64,000 bases of DNA, taken from NCBI GenBank assembly GCA_004022145.1, contig RCNU01000021.1; one strand, given 5' to 3'. Made by a program: the position numbers and the translations under genes. Under the pieces are notes generated by a model, which saw only the letters and a list, made by a program, of their open reading frames with translations, searched no databases and was not told where the DNA came from. Numbering within the stretch: the first letter of the stretch is position 1; each line of letters starts with the position of its first letter. The DNA comes from Paecilomyces variotii. Lineage: Eukaryota. This document shows positions 1 to 11,894 of this stretch, piece after piece.

Positions 1-71
1 AAACCCTAAACCCTAACCCTAAACCCTAAACCCTAAACCCTAAACCCTAAACCCTAAACCCTAAACCCTAA
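1..71. repeat. Telomeric repeat tract, (CCCTAAA)n with CCCTAA variants; left chromosome end
   Basis: The window opens with 8 CCCTAAA units and 2 CCCTAA units (11-16, 66-71). The C-rich strand is at the 5' end, as expected for a left telomere. Confidence 0.95.
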
Positions 72-1496
72 TATATAAATTATCTTTTCTCTTATTATCT
101 TAAAGAATTATTAAATATTTTTAATCTTTATCTATAACTACTATAAAATATAATATCTTTAAATTATTAATTCTTAATCTATAATAAGATTAATAGCTTA
201 TAACTATAATTTTCTAAAGATAATAAATAATTTAGATATTAGAATAATATAAAAGTATATACTTATTTTCTCTATAGTTCTTTTAAAATTAGTAATATAA
301 ATCTCTATTTTAAAGAATTTATATTTTTAAATCTTATATTTATTAATAGATTTAAAGTTTATATATTGCTAAAAGTCTAGGGGAATTTTATATTATATAG
401 CTATATTTAAGCTAATATAATATTAAGCTAAACTTAAATTAATAAAAGCCTTATTTTTAAATATATTATTAAGTAAGTAAAGTTATATTAAAGTATATAA
501 AAACTTTTTATTTATTTTAAACTCTTTATTATAAAAGGCTATAATAATCTTAAGCTTTTTTCTTTTAAAAAAATCTTTCTTTTTTAAATATAATTTAAAC
601 TCTTATATATAATCTTTTTTACTATAATTAAAATAATAGCCTTTTTTTTAAACTAGTCTTATTTTATTAATAATCTAAACTTCTTCTTTTAAAATTTATT
701 TATTTCTTTATATTAATTATTAGTCTTCTTTTTCTTTTACCTTAAAATAGAGTCTTTTAATATATTTTATATTAATTTATTTATATTTAATATAGTAAGA
801 AAATTTAAAGATTTATTCTTCTTTTAATTTATTTCTTAATTAATAGCTAAAGATATTAATTAATTAAAATTAGTTAGAAGGTCTTAATAGTTTAATAAGC
901 TTATTTAAACTTTAAATTATAATTTTATATAGAAAATATAAGACTAAATAATTCTATTATTATTAAATCCTTTATCTTAGTTTAACTTTATATAAGCTTA
1001 TTTAAAATAGTATAAAAAAGCTTTAGTAGTTTAATTTAAATATTAGATTAAAATATAAAAGTAATTTATTATATTTTATCCTTAATAATATAGATTATTA
1101 AATAAGTTTAATAATTAACCTTTAAAATTACTCTAGGTTAATATTTAAAAGTTAAAATTCTCTTACTAATAGATTTAAGATTAAGCTAATTCTTTATTTA
1201 ATAAAGCTATAGTATAAATAACTTTCTTATTTTCTATTTTAAATAATAAAGTATTATAGGCTAAATATTTATTTATATACTAATATTATTAGTAATAGAT
1301 ATTAAGTATAATAGCTCTATATCTCTGCAGTTTAAGTAGCTTAAGTCTTAATTACTTATTAATATAGATAATAATAAGAAATTATAAAAAGTCTCTCTTT
1401 ATTAATAGATTATTTTCTATTTAGAGTTAATCTCTCTCTAAGCCTATTAAAATATCTCTTAAGGTTTATAAGCTAGCTTTAATAATTAGTTACTAT

Positions 1497-1629
1497 TAAT
1501 ATAGTAATTAAAGGTTTTCTTATTAAAGATTAAAAAAGATCTAAAGATTAGAGAAGTTTAAGTATACTAGGTATTATATAACCGGCAGGTTATATAACCC
1601 TTAAGACCTAGGGGTTATTATTTATAATA
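1497..1629 (-). repeat. 3' LTR
   Basis: 133 bp with 9 differences from the 9180-9312 copy, all transitions. TA...TA ends fit RIP-converted TG...CA. Confidence 0.93.
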
Positions 1630-1633
1630 TTCG

Positions 1634-1644
1634 CCCCCTCTTTT
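1634..1644 (-). other. Polypurine tract of the retrotransposon
   Basis: Minus-strand AAAAGAGGGGG lies 4 nt from the 3' LTR. Confidence 0.8.
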
Positions 1645-2500
1645 AAGGGACTTAAGTCCGCGCAGAGTTTTAGAAGTTAAAGCTAAAACCCTAATATACT
1701 ACTAAAAACTATAATTTGCTATTAAATACTATAGTATATTATAGCTTATTGTAAAGTATTAAAAATTAAGAAATATTATACTATATTATAATATCCTATA
1801 GATTACTATAGTTAAAGAAAAATAAATAATAATATAAAAGGCTAACCTTATAAGAATATAGTTAATTAGTTAATAAACTAAGCTAATTAATAAGATTATA
1901 ATAAGGTTTATTAGACCTTAAAAATAAATAAGGAAAAATATAGTTAATAATATTAGTAAAATTAATAAGCTTAAGATAAAGTCTATTAGACCTTAAAGAA
2001 TAAATAAGGAATTGCTATTATTAATATATTTAAAAAGAAAATAGTATATAATATTAATATAATATACTTTATAAAATGCGGTAAGCGTTATTATAACTAA
2101 TATTTTTTAACTTAATTATTTTTTACTAGAGCTTATTAATAGTAATTATTAGATTAAGTACTATATAGTATCTTTTAATCTTATAATCTTTAGTATTATT
2201 ATTTAATATAAGGTTAATTATCTTAGCTAATTCTGCTTTTATCTTAATTAAATTTTTTTTAATTTTAAGTTATATATTTCTTAAAAGCTTTAATAAAGGA
2301 TTAATAAGCTATATTATAGTTATAACACTGTTTATCTATTTTTTACTAATTTATTTCTTGCTTCTTAGTTAAAATCTTAATCTCTAACTAGTAATCTATA
2401 ATATAGTTATATTACTATTTATTTATTCTTTACTTATTTATTTATTATTCTTTAATTAGACTTTTAACTTATAAAGAGTAGTTTAGCTTAAGTCTTAGGT

Positions 2501-2598
2501 TTTTAAACTATATTTATTAAAATAGTTCTATTTATAGTTATCGCGGGCTTTAAAATTATATTTATTAAAATAGTCTTATTTATAGTTATTATAGGTTT
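2501..2598. repeat. 48-bp tandem duplication in the retroelement 3' region
   Basis: TATTTATTAAAATAG...TATTTATAGTTAT starts at 2511 and again at 2559 (period 48). Confidence 0.75.
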
Positions 2599-4149
2599 TA
2601 AAGTACTTATTATATAGATTATACTCTAGATTAATTATAGTTATTATATTATTTAATTTATCGCGTAGATTATTATAAGGTTTAAAGTTTATAGATTAAA
2701 TATTTAGCCTCCTTAAAATTATTTATACGAAGTTTAATATATTTAGTATTTTAATATCTAAAATTATAAAAAGCAATTTACTTATATTTAGACTAAGGTT
2801 ATTTTCTCTTGCTTTTAGATATAGTCTAGTTTTAATTATAAAAACTTATTATTCTAGATTATATACTATAATATAATATAGCTCTTTATTATTATTTATA
2901 AGCGTTAATTTAACTATAATATTAGTAATATTTTCCTTTTCTATAATATTTACTAGTAAGATAATCTAACCCTATTTATTTATAAATTAATATATATAGA
3001 GCTTAAGGGCTTCTTTTATAACTTAGAGATAGATATTACTATTTATCTTTCTATATATTAGTATTTTTAATTTAGGTAGTATTAGATTATTTTTTTAGAT
3101 TATTAAGTCTCTTCTCTTTTATTATACTTTAAGGCGCTTAATACTAATAAGATAATTTTTTAGAATATGCTTTACCCTTACTTAATAATAAGATTCTAAT
3201 TTTTTTAGTAATAATAGTTATATTAAATATATAAAAAATATTTACCCTTTATTAAGAAATAATAATAGTTCTTTTTATATAATATTCTTAATAATTTATT
3301 TTAAATCTCGCTATTTATTAGCATATATATAAAAAGCTATAAATAATATATATTTTCTTAATAACTCTTTTAAGATAGTAATATTATCTAATAATTCTCT
3401 AACTATATATTTAGTAGTCTTTTATATTTCTTAAAAGAACTTAAAAAATAGATTAAATAATATTCTTTCTTCTATTAAAGAGTTATTATCTTTTAATTTA
3501 ATAATATTATTTATATTTATTATTAATTTACTTAATATATATTTAATATCTATATTAAGTAATATATATATCTTAATAATATATAAGCTTAAAGCTAAAA
3601 AGGCTTTAAGTATTTAATTACTTAAGAATACTCTTAATTATTTAAAAGATTGCTTAAATATTAAAGAGTTAAGTTCTTAATTATTTAAATATAATAGTCT
3701 ATCTTAAGTTATAGTTAATATAAGACTTCTAACTTTTATATTATTTTATTACTAGTAACTAATAAGAGTAATTAATATTTACTCTAGGTTATTTCTTAGC
3801 TCTTATTTATTAGTTTATAAATAATTCCTTAATATAGATTTAAATAGCTAACTTAGCTTATTTACTAGTTTAAGGAAATAGAATAAAATAGCCTAATTAG
3901 CTTATCTATATTTATCTTACTAATATATAGTCTTATCTTATTTAATATTTTGCTTTAAATAGTAAAAGGACTGCTTAGCTTATTAAATTCTAATATATAT
4001 AATATAAAGCTTTAAATAATAGATTTCTCTGCTTAGCTTTAGCCCTAAATAATAAGCTCTATTATTTAGCTTTTATCTTTAACTATTTAGTATTAAACTT
4101 AATATAAAGAGGTACTTAGTATAAAAATATTATACTGCTTCTAGTATAT

Positions 4150-7100
4150 AGGCTAGCTTTCCTACTAATATTTAATATTATTATACTATTTTAAGTATAT
4201 TTTTAATATATTTAAATAACTCTTATATATTCTTTTAATATCTATAATTATATTATTTAATAAGATATTTTAATGTTTTATTATAGCCTTTAATATTAAA
4301 TATCTCTTTAACTTCTTATTTATTATATTATCTTATATTATCTAAGACCTAAATTAGTAATTTAAGCTCTAGGTCTATATATAATTTATTCTGTTTCTAT
4401 AGGAATAGTAAAAATATATAAAAAATTAAATATATTTAATATAAAGGAAGTAGTTTTAAGTAATAGGCTTAGGGGCTAACTTTAGCTAAAACCTTAAATA
4501 AACCCTAATATTTACTATTAAGCTTCTTGCTAAGTCTATTTATACGCAGGTATTTAATATTAAGGAGAACTTTATTGCTAATTTTAAAATCTATTAGTTT
4601 ATTTAAAGACTTTTCTAGTGCTTAATTTTAAAGTAATAAAAGGTATTTAATAAGTTCTCTATATAGCTTTTAAATATCTTATATAAATTATATTATATTA
4701 ATATCTTTATTAATAGAGACCTTAGTTAAACTTAATAATTTTAAGTGCTAGCTATAGTAAGTAAAAAATAGAGATATCTCTATTACTGCCTAATAAAAGT
4801 TATTATAAGTATATTCTATAATTACTAGTAAGTAAGCCTAGTTATTCTATTGTTAATTAGTAAATATTCTTAAATATTACTTTAGTATTTAATTTAAATA
4901 TTCTATTACCTTATTTATTTAAAGATAGAATATTATAAATAATTAATAGTTTATATTAAGGGCTTTAGCTAATATTATCTAAAAATTTAATATAAATAAT
5001 AAGCCTCTATCTAATATAATAAATCTCTATATATTATAGAGATAAAATATATTCTTAATATAAAGCTATATAAAGATTCTTATATTAGTTTCCGCAGCAT
5101 ATATTATAAAATAGCTTATCCTACTAAACTAATTAATAAATACTAAGATTATAGAATAATTTAACCTAGAACTATTTATACTCTTAGAAAGTTCTAAAAT
5201 AAAATCTATTATTATATAGTCTTATAGTTTATTAAGTATTAGTAATACTATTAGAATCTTATAATATATTTACACTAGCTTTACTCTCTAGTATACTAGA
5301 TAACTTTAAATATAGTCTACTACTATAAATATTAAACTAGGCTAAAATATTTATTTTTTAATTCTCTTAATTATAATTTCTTTACTTTAATAATCTCTTA
5401 CTCTTAAGTTATAGAATTTATAAAAAATAAGTAGTTAGAGTTCTTTTATAAGAATATATATTTTAATATAATTATAGTAGAAAATATTATTATTTTTATC
5501 CTAATAAATATTTAACTAAGTATATACTATTATTTTTATCTCCTTTATATAACTTTACTTAATTTAGTCCTATAGAGAAATATTTAGTCCTTAATTTTAA
5601 TTTAAAGATAGATCTTATAATAATATTCTAGAATAATAATATCTTTTTATATATTATATTACTCTAATCTAGAGAAGTTAAGTTAATATATTCTTTAGTA
5701 TTTATTAAGATTTATAGTTATTTTAATATAATAGGCTGTCGGCAGAGTTATATTTCTTAAGCCTATATTTAATATAGAAATAAAATTATAAGAGATATTT
5801 TACTTATTTAACTTATTTCCTAGATAAAATCTATATTATTAAGAAATATTTTAGATTATTATAGTTTATAATTATTTTAACTAGTTTAGCTATTTTAATT
5901 AAGAAATATCTTTAGACTTTAAAAGTATTAATAATAGTAAATAATTCCTGCTTATATATCGGCTAATATAATTCTATATTTATAAACTTCGCACTATAGA
6001 ATATAATAGGATATTATACTTTATCCTTAAATACTTAGCTTAGTATTATTAATCTAGCAAAACTATTAGTATTTATCTCTAATATGCGCAGTTTATTTAG
6101 ATTAAAATATCTTAATAGTAAAGCTTTTATAAAGTACTTTTTAAGTACTTAAAAGCTTATCTAAGCTTCTTCTCCCTATATAAATAGTATATTATATTTT
6201 ATAAGTTAAGTTAATAAAAGAATAATTTAGCTATAATATTTAATAAACTAATAATAGAAATTATAGAAATTAAGGAACTAGACTAAGCTTACTATTAATA
6301 TTAAAGTAGGCTAGGTAATAATAATATCTATTTATTATTTATTTATTACTATCTCTTAAAGTATAATTATAAACTCTAAGAATATAACTCTAAAGATAGA
6401 GAATTTATATTTCTCTAATTTATAAAACAGGCTATTATTTAATAAGCTCTAAAGAATTACTCTTATATACTAAATATAAAGCTTCTTATTATAGCTAAAA
6501 ATAAGTATATTATTTAGATAAACTATATAGTATTTATTAATATACTATCTAAGTACTATATTTATAAATACCTAAAATATTACTAGAGTATTATAGAGAC
6601 TAAATAGTATTATTTATTATTTAAATAAACTATATTTAGTATAAAAGGCTATTTTCTACTTATATCTCTCCGCTATATAGATTAGATAATATATTAAGTA
6701 AAGGTTTAAACAGGTAAAAATAACTGTATTTTATAGCCTTAAGAATAGGTTATCTATTATTAGAACTAGGTATTTATTCTTAATTATTCTCTTATTAATA
6801 GCCCTAAAGTCTATATAAAGTTATAAAACTTTAGGTTATTTAAGTATAAATAGTAATAGTAAGGTATATAGTATATTAAAGGGCTAGATATATCTCTATT
6901 CTAAACCCTTATTTAAAAACTTATTAAGTAGTTCTAATTTATATTCTGATAAATAGTAGTATAGTCTATATAGGAGTATTACTCCTTTAATAAGGTTAAT
7001 CTTATAGTTAATACCTAGTCTTCTTAGAGATAGGAACGCAGCTATTAGCTACAGTAAACTAAGAATTATATCGAATGCTATTAGTAACGCTTTAAACGCA

Positions 7101-7480
7101 TAAAGTTCTATTTCCTTATTTAAGACTATATAATATAGTTTAAAGTAGTGCTTTATTAGTTTCGCTAGTTATATATTATTAATATCTTAGATACTTAGTA
7201 ATAATACTAATCTTAAAGTTAAATAAATCTCTTTAATTTGCCCTATTATTACTATATTAATACAGTTTATATTTATACTATTATTAATTAATACTGTTAA
7301 TATTATAATACTTTCTATAGCTAATAGTACTACTACTAAAACTAATACTTTAATTCTGCTAAATACTAGGATATAAGATAATAATGCTTAAATATATATA
7401 ATATTTAAGTTACTTAATAAAACTATATTAATATTCTATTTAGGCCTATTTTAAAAAGAATAAGCCTTTAAAGTTAGTTT
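4150..7480 (-). pseudogene. RIP-destroyed pol (PR-RT-RH-IN-chromodomain); ends approximate
   Basis: The minus strand reads LYIDFRAIN...K*KIAFYTKYSLFK**IILFSLYNTLVIF*...VYLNNILIFS, i.e. LCVDFRAIN...EWKTAFRTKYGLFE..VMPFGLCNAPATFQ...VYLDDILIFS after reversing RIP (YLNN at 6509-6520). IILDRGLLFILNF* and FYL*INKVIEYLN* give the integrase core. *EVKEIFNIKG...KYLIK*...NI*EL gives the chromodomain. Confidence 0.88.
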
Positions 7481-8800
7481 CCCTTTTAATTTTTTATACC
7501 TATAGCCTCTACTAATTAAAAAGCTTTTAAGTATTACTTCTTCTAATAGCCTTTTTCTCTATATCTTAAATAAAGGCCTTTATTATACTATCTCTTTTAC
7601 TTCTTATTTAATAGGTTATATCTCTTATTTCTGCGAGATATCTAGAGTAATTACTTATAGTCTTATTTTTAATCTCTAGTCTTTATTATTATTTCCTTAT
7701 TAGGTAAATAGCTCTATATATTAAATACTCTAATTATCTTAAAATAATTATAATAGCCTTAAAGTAATTATTTTATATAGTATCTTCTTTCTTATATATA
7801 GATCTCTGCCTGCTAAGTAATATACTTCTATTTTATATATAAGGCTAATAGGTATATAAAATACTCTTAATAAATCTTATAAATAATACGCGGTATAAGC
7901 TTATAGTTAAATATATTGTTTAGAGCTATATTATTTTAATCTAAATTTATTATAATAGTTTTAAATTTATTAATAAAATTCTATAGTAGTTAGTTAAAAT
8001 ATTATTAAAGGTTAAATATTCTCTAAGTAATAATAATCTTAGTATTTGCCGGTTTATAGTAGTCTAATAGCTAATAGTATAATAGTATATAATTCTAGAA
8101 TATTAAATCTTCTAGGTTATTAATCTTTAATATTATTAAATATCTCTTTATTTTACTCTTTATATATAAATAAAGGTAAGAAGCTTACTCTCTAATATTA
8201 TATAGTACCTTATTCTTTAGCTATTTATTAAATTCTATAATCTAATATTTAAGTTCTTTTATTAAGCTATTAAATACTTCTAGATATTAAAGTTTAAGCT
8301 TTTTGCTAATTAATATTATAAAAAGTCCTAAATTTTAACTGCTATTATTATTATTAGATTATACTATACTCTATATTTATTTCTGCTAAATTAAGGCCTC
8401 TAATTACTATTAAAGCTCTTATATTTATATTTAAAATATTACTACTTAATTAGACTAAGACTACTAAATATATAGCTGCTAAGTATAAGGCTGCTAAGTA
8501 TATAGCTGCTAAATATATAGCTGCTAGATATATAGCTGCTAAGTATATAGCTAAGTATTAGAGATATATAGCTACTATAGTATAGTATTACTATTTTCCC
8601 TTAAAGCTAATAATTCTTGCTAATTTTCTTGCAGATAGCTAAATAATTCTATTGCTCTTACTATTATATTATTTATTAAATCTCTTATATAGCCTTAGTT
8701 TTACGCTTCTGCTATTATTAAAGATATTTTATATTATTACTATTTATAATTATTATTTTATAAAGAGTTTTATTATTATTAATAATTCTTAGTTAGCTCT
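7470..8800 (-). pseudogene. RIP-destroyed gag; 5' end approximate
   Basis: GLYLRYREKGY*KK*YLK reverts to GLCLRCGEKGHWKKQCPK (CX2CX4HX4C). It is followed by GGGAAAC-TAA at 7483-7474. Confidence 0.7.
8455..8580. repeat. ~15-bp tandem repeats (TATATAGCTGCTAAG-like) inside gag
   Basis: GCTGCTAA(G/A)TATA(TA) recurs with ~15-bp period, consistent with a former 5-codon low-complexity repeat. Confidence 0.7.
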
Positions 8801-9179
8801 TATTAGCTTAAAGAAATTATAGAATTCTTAATATTAAGGCCGGTCCCCTTATTATCTATAGGTTAAAGATTAGCTATTTTACCTAATCTTATAGTTATAT
8901 ATAAATTATTATAATAAGGTCTTATTATTTATAACTATAGTAAGTTATAATTTATTTTAGTTTATTATAGTCTTTTAATAAATTATAAAGCTATAGCCTT
9001 TTAAAATTATAGTTATCTAGAGATATAATTACTTATAGTTTACCTTAATAAGCTATAGTTTATTATGGTTTATTAAAATTCTCTATAGTTTATAGTATAA
9101 GTCTAAAGGTTTATTTAATAATTTAGAGCCTTTAAAATCGCAGGATAATAAAAAAATAATAAAATAAATAAGAAAATAA

Positions 9180-9312
9180 TAATATAGTAATTAAAGGTTT
9201 TCTTATTAAGGATTAGAAGAGATTTAAAGATTAGAAAAGTCTAAGTATATTAGGTATTATATAACCGGCAGGTTATATAACTCTTAAGACCTAGGGGTTA
9301 TTATCTATAATA
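9180..9312 (-). repeat. 5' LTR
   Basis: Direct repeat of 1497-1629, followed by ACTAT. Confidence 0.93.
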
Positions 9313-9991
9313 ACTATAAGCTAAGTTTAATAATCTTTAAACCTTTTAAAATATATATTATAAGCTAAGAACTAAGACCTTTATTACTTAAGTTATAGGG
9401 TATATTAATATAGCTATTTATATTACTAGATTAAGTAATTTAAACTATAAGAAATAAGAGTTCTTAAAGATTATTAATAAATTATTCTATTAATAATTAT
9501 AGTAAAAAGAATAGTAGTTTTATATACTTAGCTTAGAAAAAGATTTATTAGTAAAATAAAAGATTAACTATTATAATAAAGGGTTTAATTAATATAGAGA
9601 AAAATCTATATTAAAGGGTTTTAATAATAAGAGTCTATATAAATAAAAAAATAGTAAAGTATATATTATATTAAAATAGATTATTAGCTTCTAATAAAAT
9701 AATAATCTAGAACTTATTTATATTTTAAATCTTAAGTATTTCTTAGCTTTATCTTATATAAATTCTAAAAATAGAGAAAGCAGGGTTTAACTAATTACCT
9801 TAGTATTATATTTATATTTAGGGCTTTACTATAATTCTATAAGCTTATACTTTAATAAGAAGTTAAAAGTATAATAATATAGCTTTTTATTAAGTAAATT
9901 ATTATAATAGTTTAAGAAATTAATTCTATAAGTAAAATTAAGATATATATAATATAGCTTAAAGGCTTATTTATTATAGTTAATAATAATA

Positions 9992-10135
9992 AGTAAATAA
10001 ATAATTATAGTTAAAACTATTATAATAATTAATAATAGTAAATAAATAATTATAATAAAAACTATTATAATAATTAATAATAGTAAATAAGTAATTAAAT
10101 AATTATTTAATAATAAAAACTATTATAATAATTAA
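9992..10135. repeat. ~45-bp tandem repeat (about 3 copies) in the RIPed flank
   Basis: AGTAAATAA...AAAACTATTATAATAATTAAT occurs three times. Confidence 0.65.
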
Positions 10136-10505
10136 TTAAAAGATAATTATAGACTTTTAGTATTAAAGATTTAAAAAAGTTTAATTTTAAAGATAATAAT
10201 TTAAATAAATTTAGTTTTAAGGCTAAAAATTAATATTATATTTAAATAATCTATTTTTACTATTTTTATCTAAAAATACTTAATTTTAATATTAAATATT
10301 ACCTTAATAATATAAGTAATTTAAAATTTAATTAAACTAATATAATTTATAATATTAACTTTACTAGACTTATAAAGATTAGCTCTATAAAATATTATTA
10401 TATAGTTAAGTAAAGTTAAGTTTTTTCTACTAGTAATTTTAATTATATATATGTTTTTACCTTATAGATAGCTTTCTTAGTTAGTATAAACTGCTTCTAA
10501 TCCTA

Positions 10506-10600
10506 GAAGGCGGTGAGTAAAATAAAACGGCAGAATCTAGGAAAAGGGGACGAGCCGTTAGGGAGACCTCTACGAGCCGAGTATTTTACTCACTGCTTCC
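10506..10600. repeat. Inverted repeat at the RIP boundary
   Basis: GTGAGTAAAATA (10513-10524) and TATTTTACTCAC (10582-10593) are perfect reverse complements, with imperfect extension on both sides. Confidence 0.7.
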
Positions 10601-10751
10601 TTCAGACTGTATATTCGCGGCCACATAGTTTACCATTGACCTAAGACCGAGTTCTGCGGTCGCTTATTTTCAGCACCAGATCAGATATAATCTAGGAGGT
10701 ATTAGATTTATACGGATGCATTTCTAGAGCAGACGCGACGCTACGCTCGAG

Positions 10752-11894
10752 ATGTTATCTGCAGAGAAAAAGCGTTTGCGAGATAGGCGGGCCCAGCAGA
10801 CCTTTCGCACCAAGAGAGTACAACAAATGATTAGGCTCAAGGAACAGGTGGCGTATTGCGAACAACATCACGATGACCAAGGCACGCAACAACTTCTTCA
10901 GACGATCCAAAGCCTTAGGGAGCAAAATGCAGTTTTAATTCAGCGACAGGAACGGCTACGGTCACTTATCCTAGCATGGGATGACGACTACCCCGTTAAT
11001 CTTCTTACGCGGAATTTTCCTGGTGTTGGACAGACCAGTCAGGAGGAGGTGATACAAGGAGCCCTGAATTACAGGGAGGAGAACTTACTAAGACCACCGG
11101 TCTCAGAGGATACTAATCCTGATTCGATGGGATCTATTAATGTCAATGAACCCTCTGGTCTTCTCAACTCTACACCCATGTCCGCTTCAGCACCACCAGT
11201 GGCCCAATCGTCAGTATCTTCCCCGGCGGCTGTCCTTACATCGCCTATGCCGGGCCAGTGTCTACCATGGAAACTTCTCCCACTGAATGACGATGATTTC
11301 TCTTCTTCCGAGAGCATCTCCCTCCCTTGGTTCGCTTATCCGCAACGCATCGCTTCATCTGCGGATTCCCCCTTGTCGCCTCTCGACTTTCTCTACGGCA
11401 CCAGGGAGAATTTCTTATCTGATATGATCCATATGGTCATCCGCAGGCGGCCGTTAAGGGATCCAGAGCGCCTCGCTATTGGCTGGACCGCGTATCATCT
11501 CACCAAATGGCTCTTCTCTCCTGGCCCTACCACGTACGCGAGGCTTCCAGAGTTCTCGAGACCAATTCTGGGACAGACGCAGATTCCGCATCCGATGGCT
11601 CTGGATTTCATTCCCTGGCCTAGGGTACGCCTGAATCTCATTCAGCGATGGCATGTCTATCGCGAGAGACGCGATGAGCTGTTCGGGATGTTAGCAATCT
11701 GTGTCAAGGTCCGCTGGCCATGGGGCGAGAATATCCTCGAAAGGAACGAGCGCAATGAGCTTTGCATCCGACAAAGCTTCTACGACACGTTCATGAGTGA
11801 GAGCGGCTGGGGCCTTACTTCGGAATTTATCAATAAGTACCCTGATCTTGTTGCTGGGGCTGACCTTGCATCTATCATTTATGAGGTAATATGA
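10752..11894 (+). CDS. bZIP-like / DUF3425 transcription factor
   Basis: N-terminal basic region KKRLRDRRAQQTFR with a coiled coil. C-terminal HPMALDFIPWPRVRLNLI...GWGLTSEFINKYPDL is typical of DUF3425. Confidence 0.8.
   Translation: MLSAEKKRLRDRRAQQTFRTKRVQQMIRLKEQVAYCEQHHDDQGTQQLLQTIQSLREQNAVLIQRQERLRSLILAWDDDYPVNLLTRNFPGVGQTSQEEVIQGALNYREENLLRPPVSEDTNPDSMGSINVNEPSGLLNSTPMSASAPPVAQSSVSSPAAVLTSPMPGQCLPWKLLPLNDDDFSSSESISLPWFAYPQRIASSADSPLSPLDFLYGTRENFLSDMIHMVIRRRPLRDPERLAIGWTAYHLTKWLFSPGPTTYARLPEFSRPILGQTQIPHPMALDFIPWPRVRLNLIQRWHVYRERRDELFGMLAICVKVRWPWGENILERNERNELCIRQSFYDTFMSESGWGLTSEFINKYPDLVAGADLASIIYEVI

Larger units (their letters stand above)
1497..9312 (-). mobile_element. Full-length RIP-inactivated Ty3/Gypsy LTR retrotransposon (chromovirus)
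   Basis: 133-bp direct LTRs (1497-1629, 9180-9312), ACTAT TSD (1492-1496, 9313-9317) and a PPT next to the left LTR. The minus strand carries RIP-damaged gag CCHC (~7525-7580), RT (~6490-6830), integrase (~4850-5020) and chromodomain (~4200-4318) in Gypsy order. Confidence 0.93.
72..10440. other. RIP-mutated AT-rich subtelomeric block
   Basis: Extreme AT richness, CpA/TpG almost absent, TpA in large excess, and no ORF in the track. Composition returns to normal at ~10.45-10.75 kb. Confidence 0.95.

Noticed and set aside
1685-1694. Internal telomere seeds (AAAACCCTAA; also ~4501, ~51929, ~53148)
   Set aside because: Single units, expected by chance in AT-rich DNA.
8455-8580. CRISPR-like array
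   Set aside because: Short degenerate tandem repeats without spacers, inside gag of a eukaryotic retroelement.
9120-9179. tRNA primer-binding site next to the 5' LTR
   Set aside because: No TGG-starting tRNA complement can be recognised after RIP.
72-10440. Organellar DNA, centromere or contamination as the cause of the AT-rich block
   Set aside because: The dinucleotide pattern and readable Gypsy domains show RIPed transposon DNA next to a telomere.
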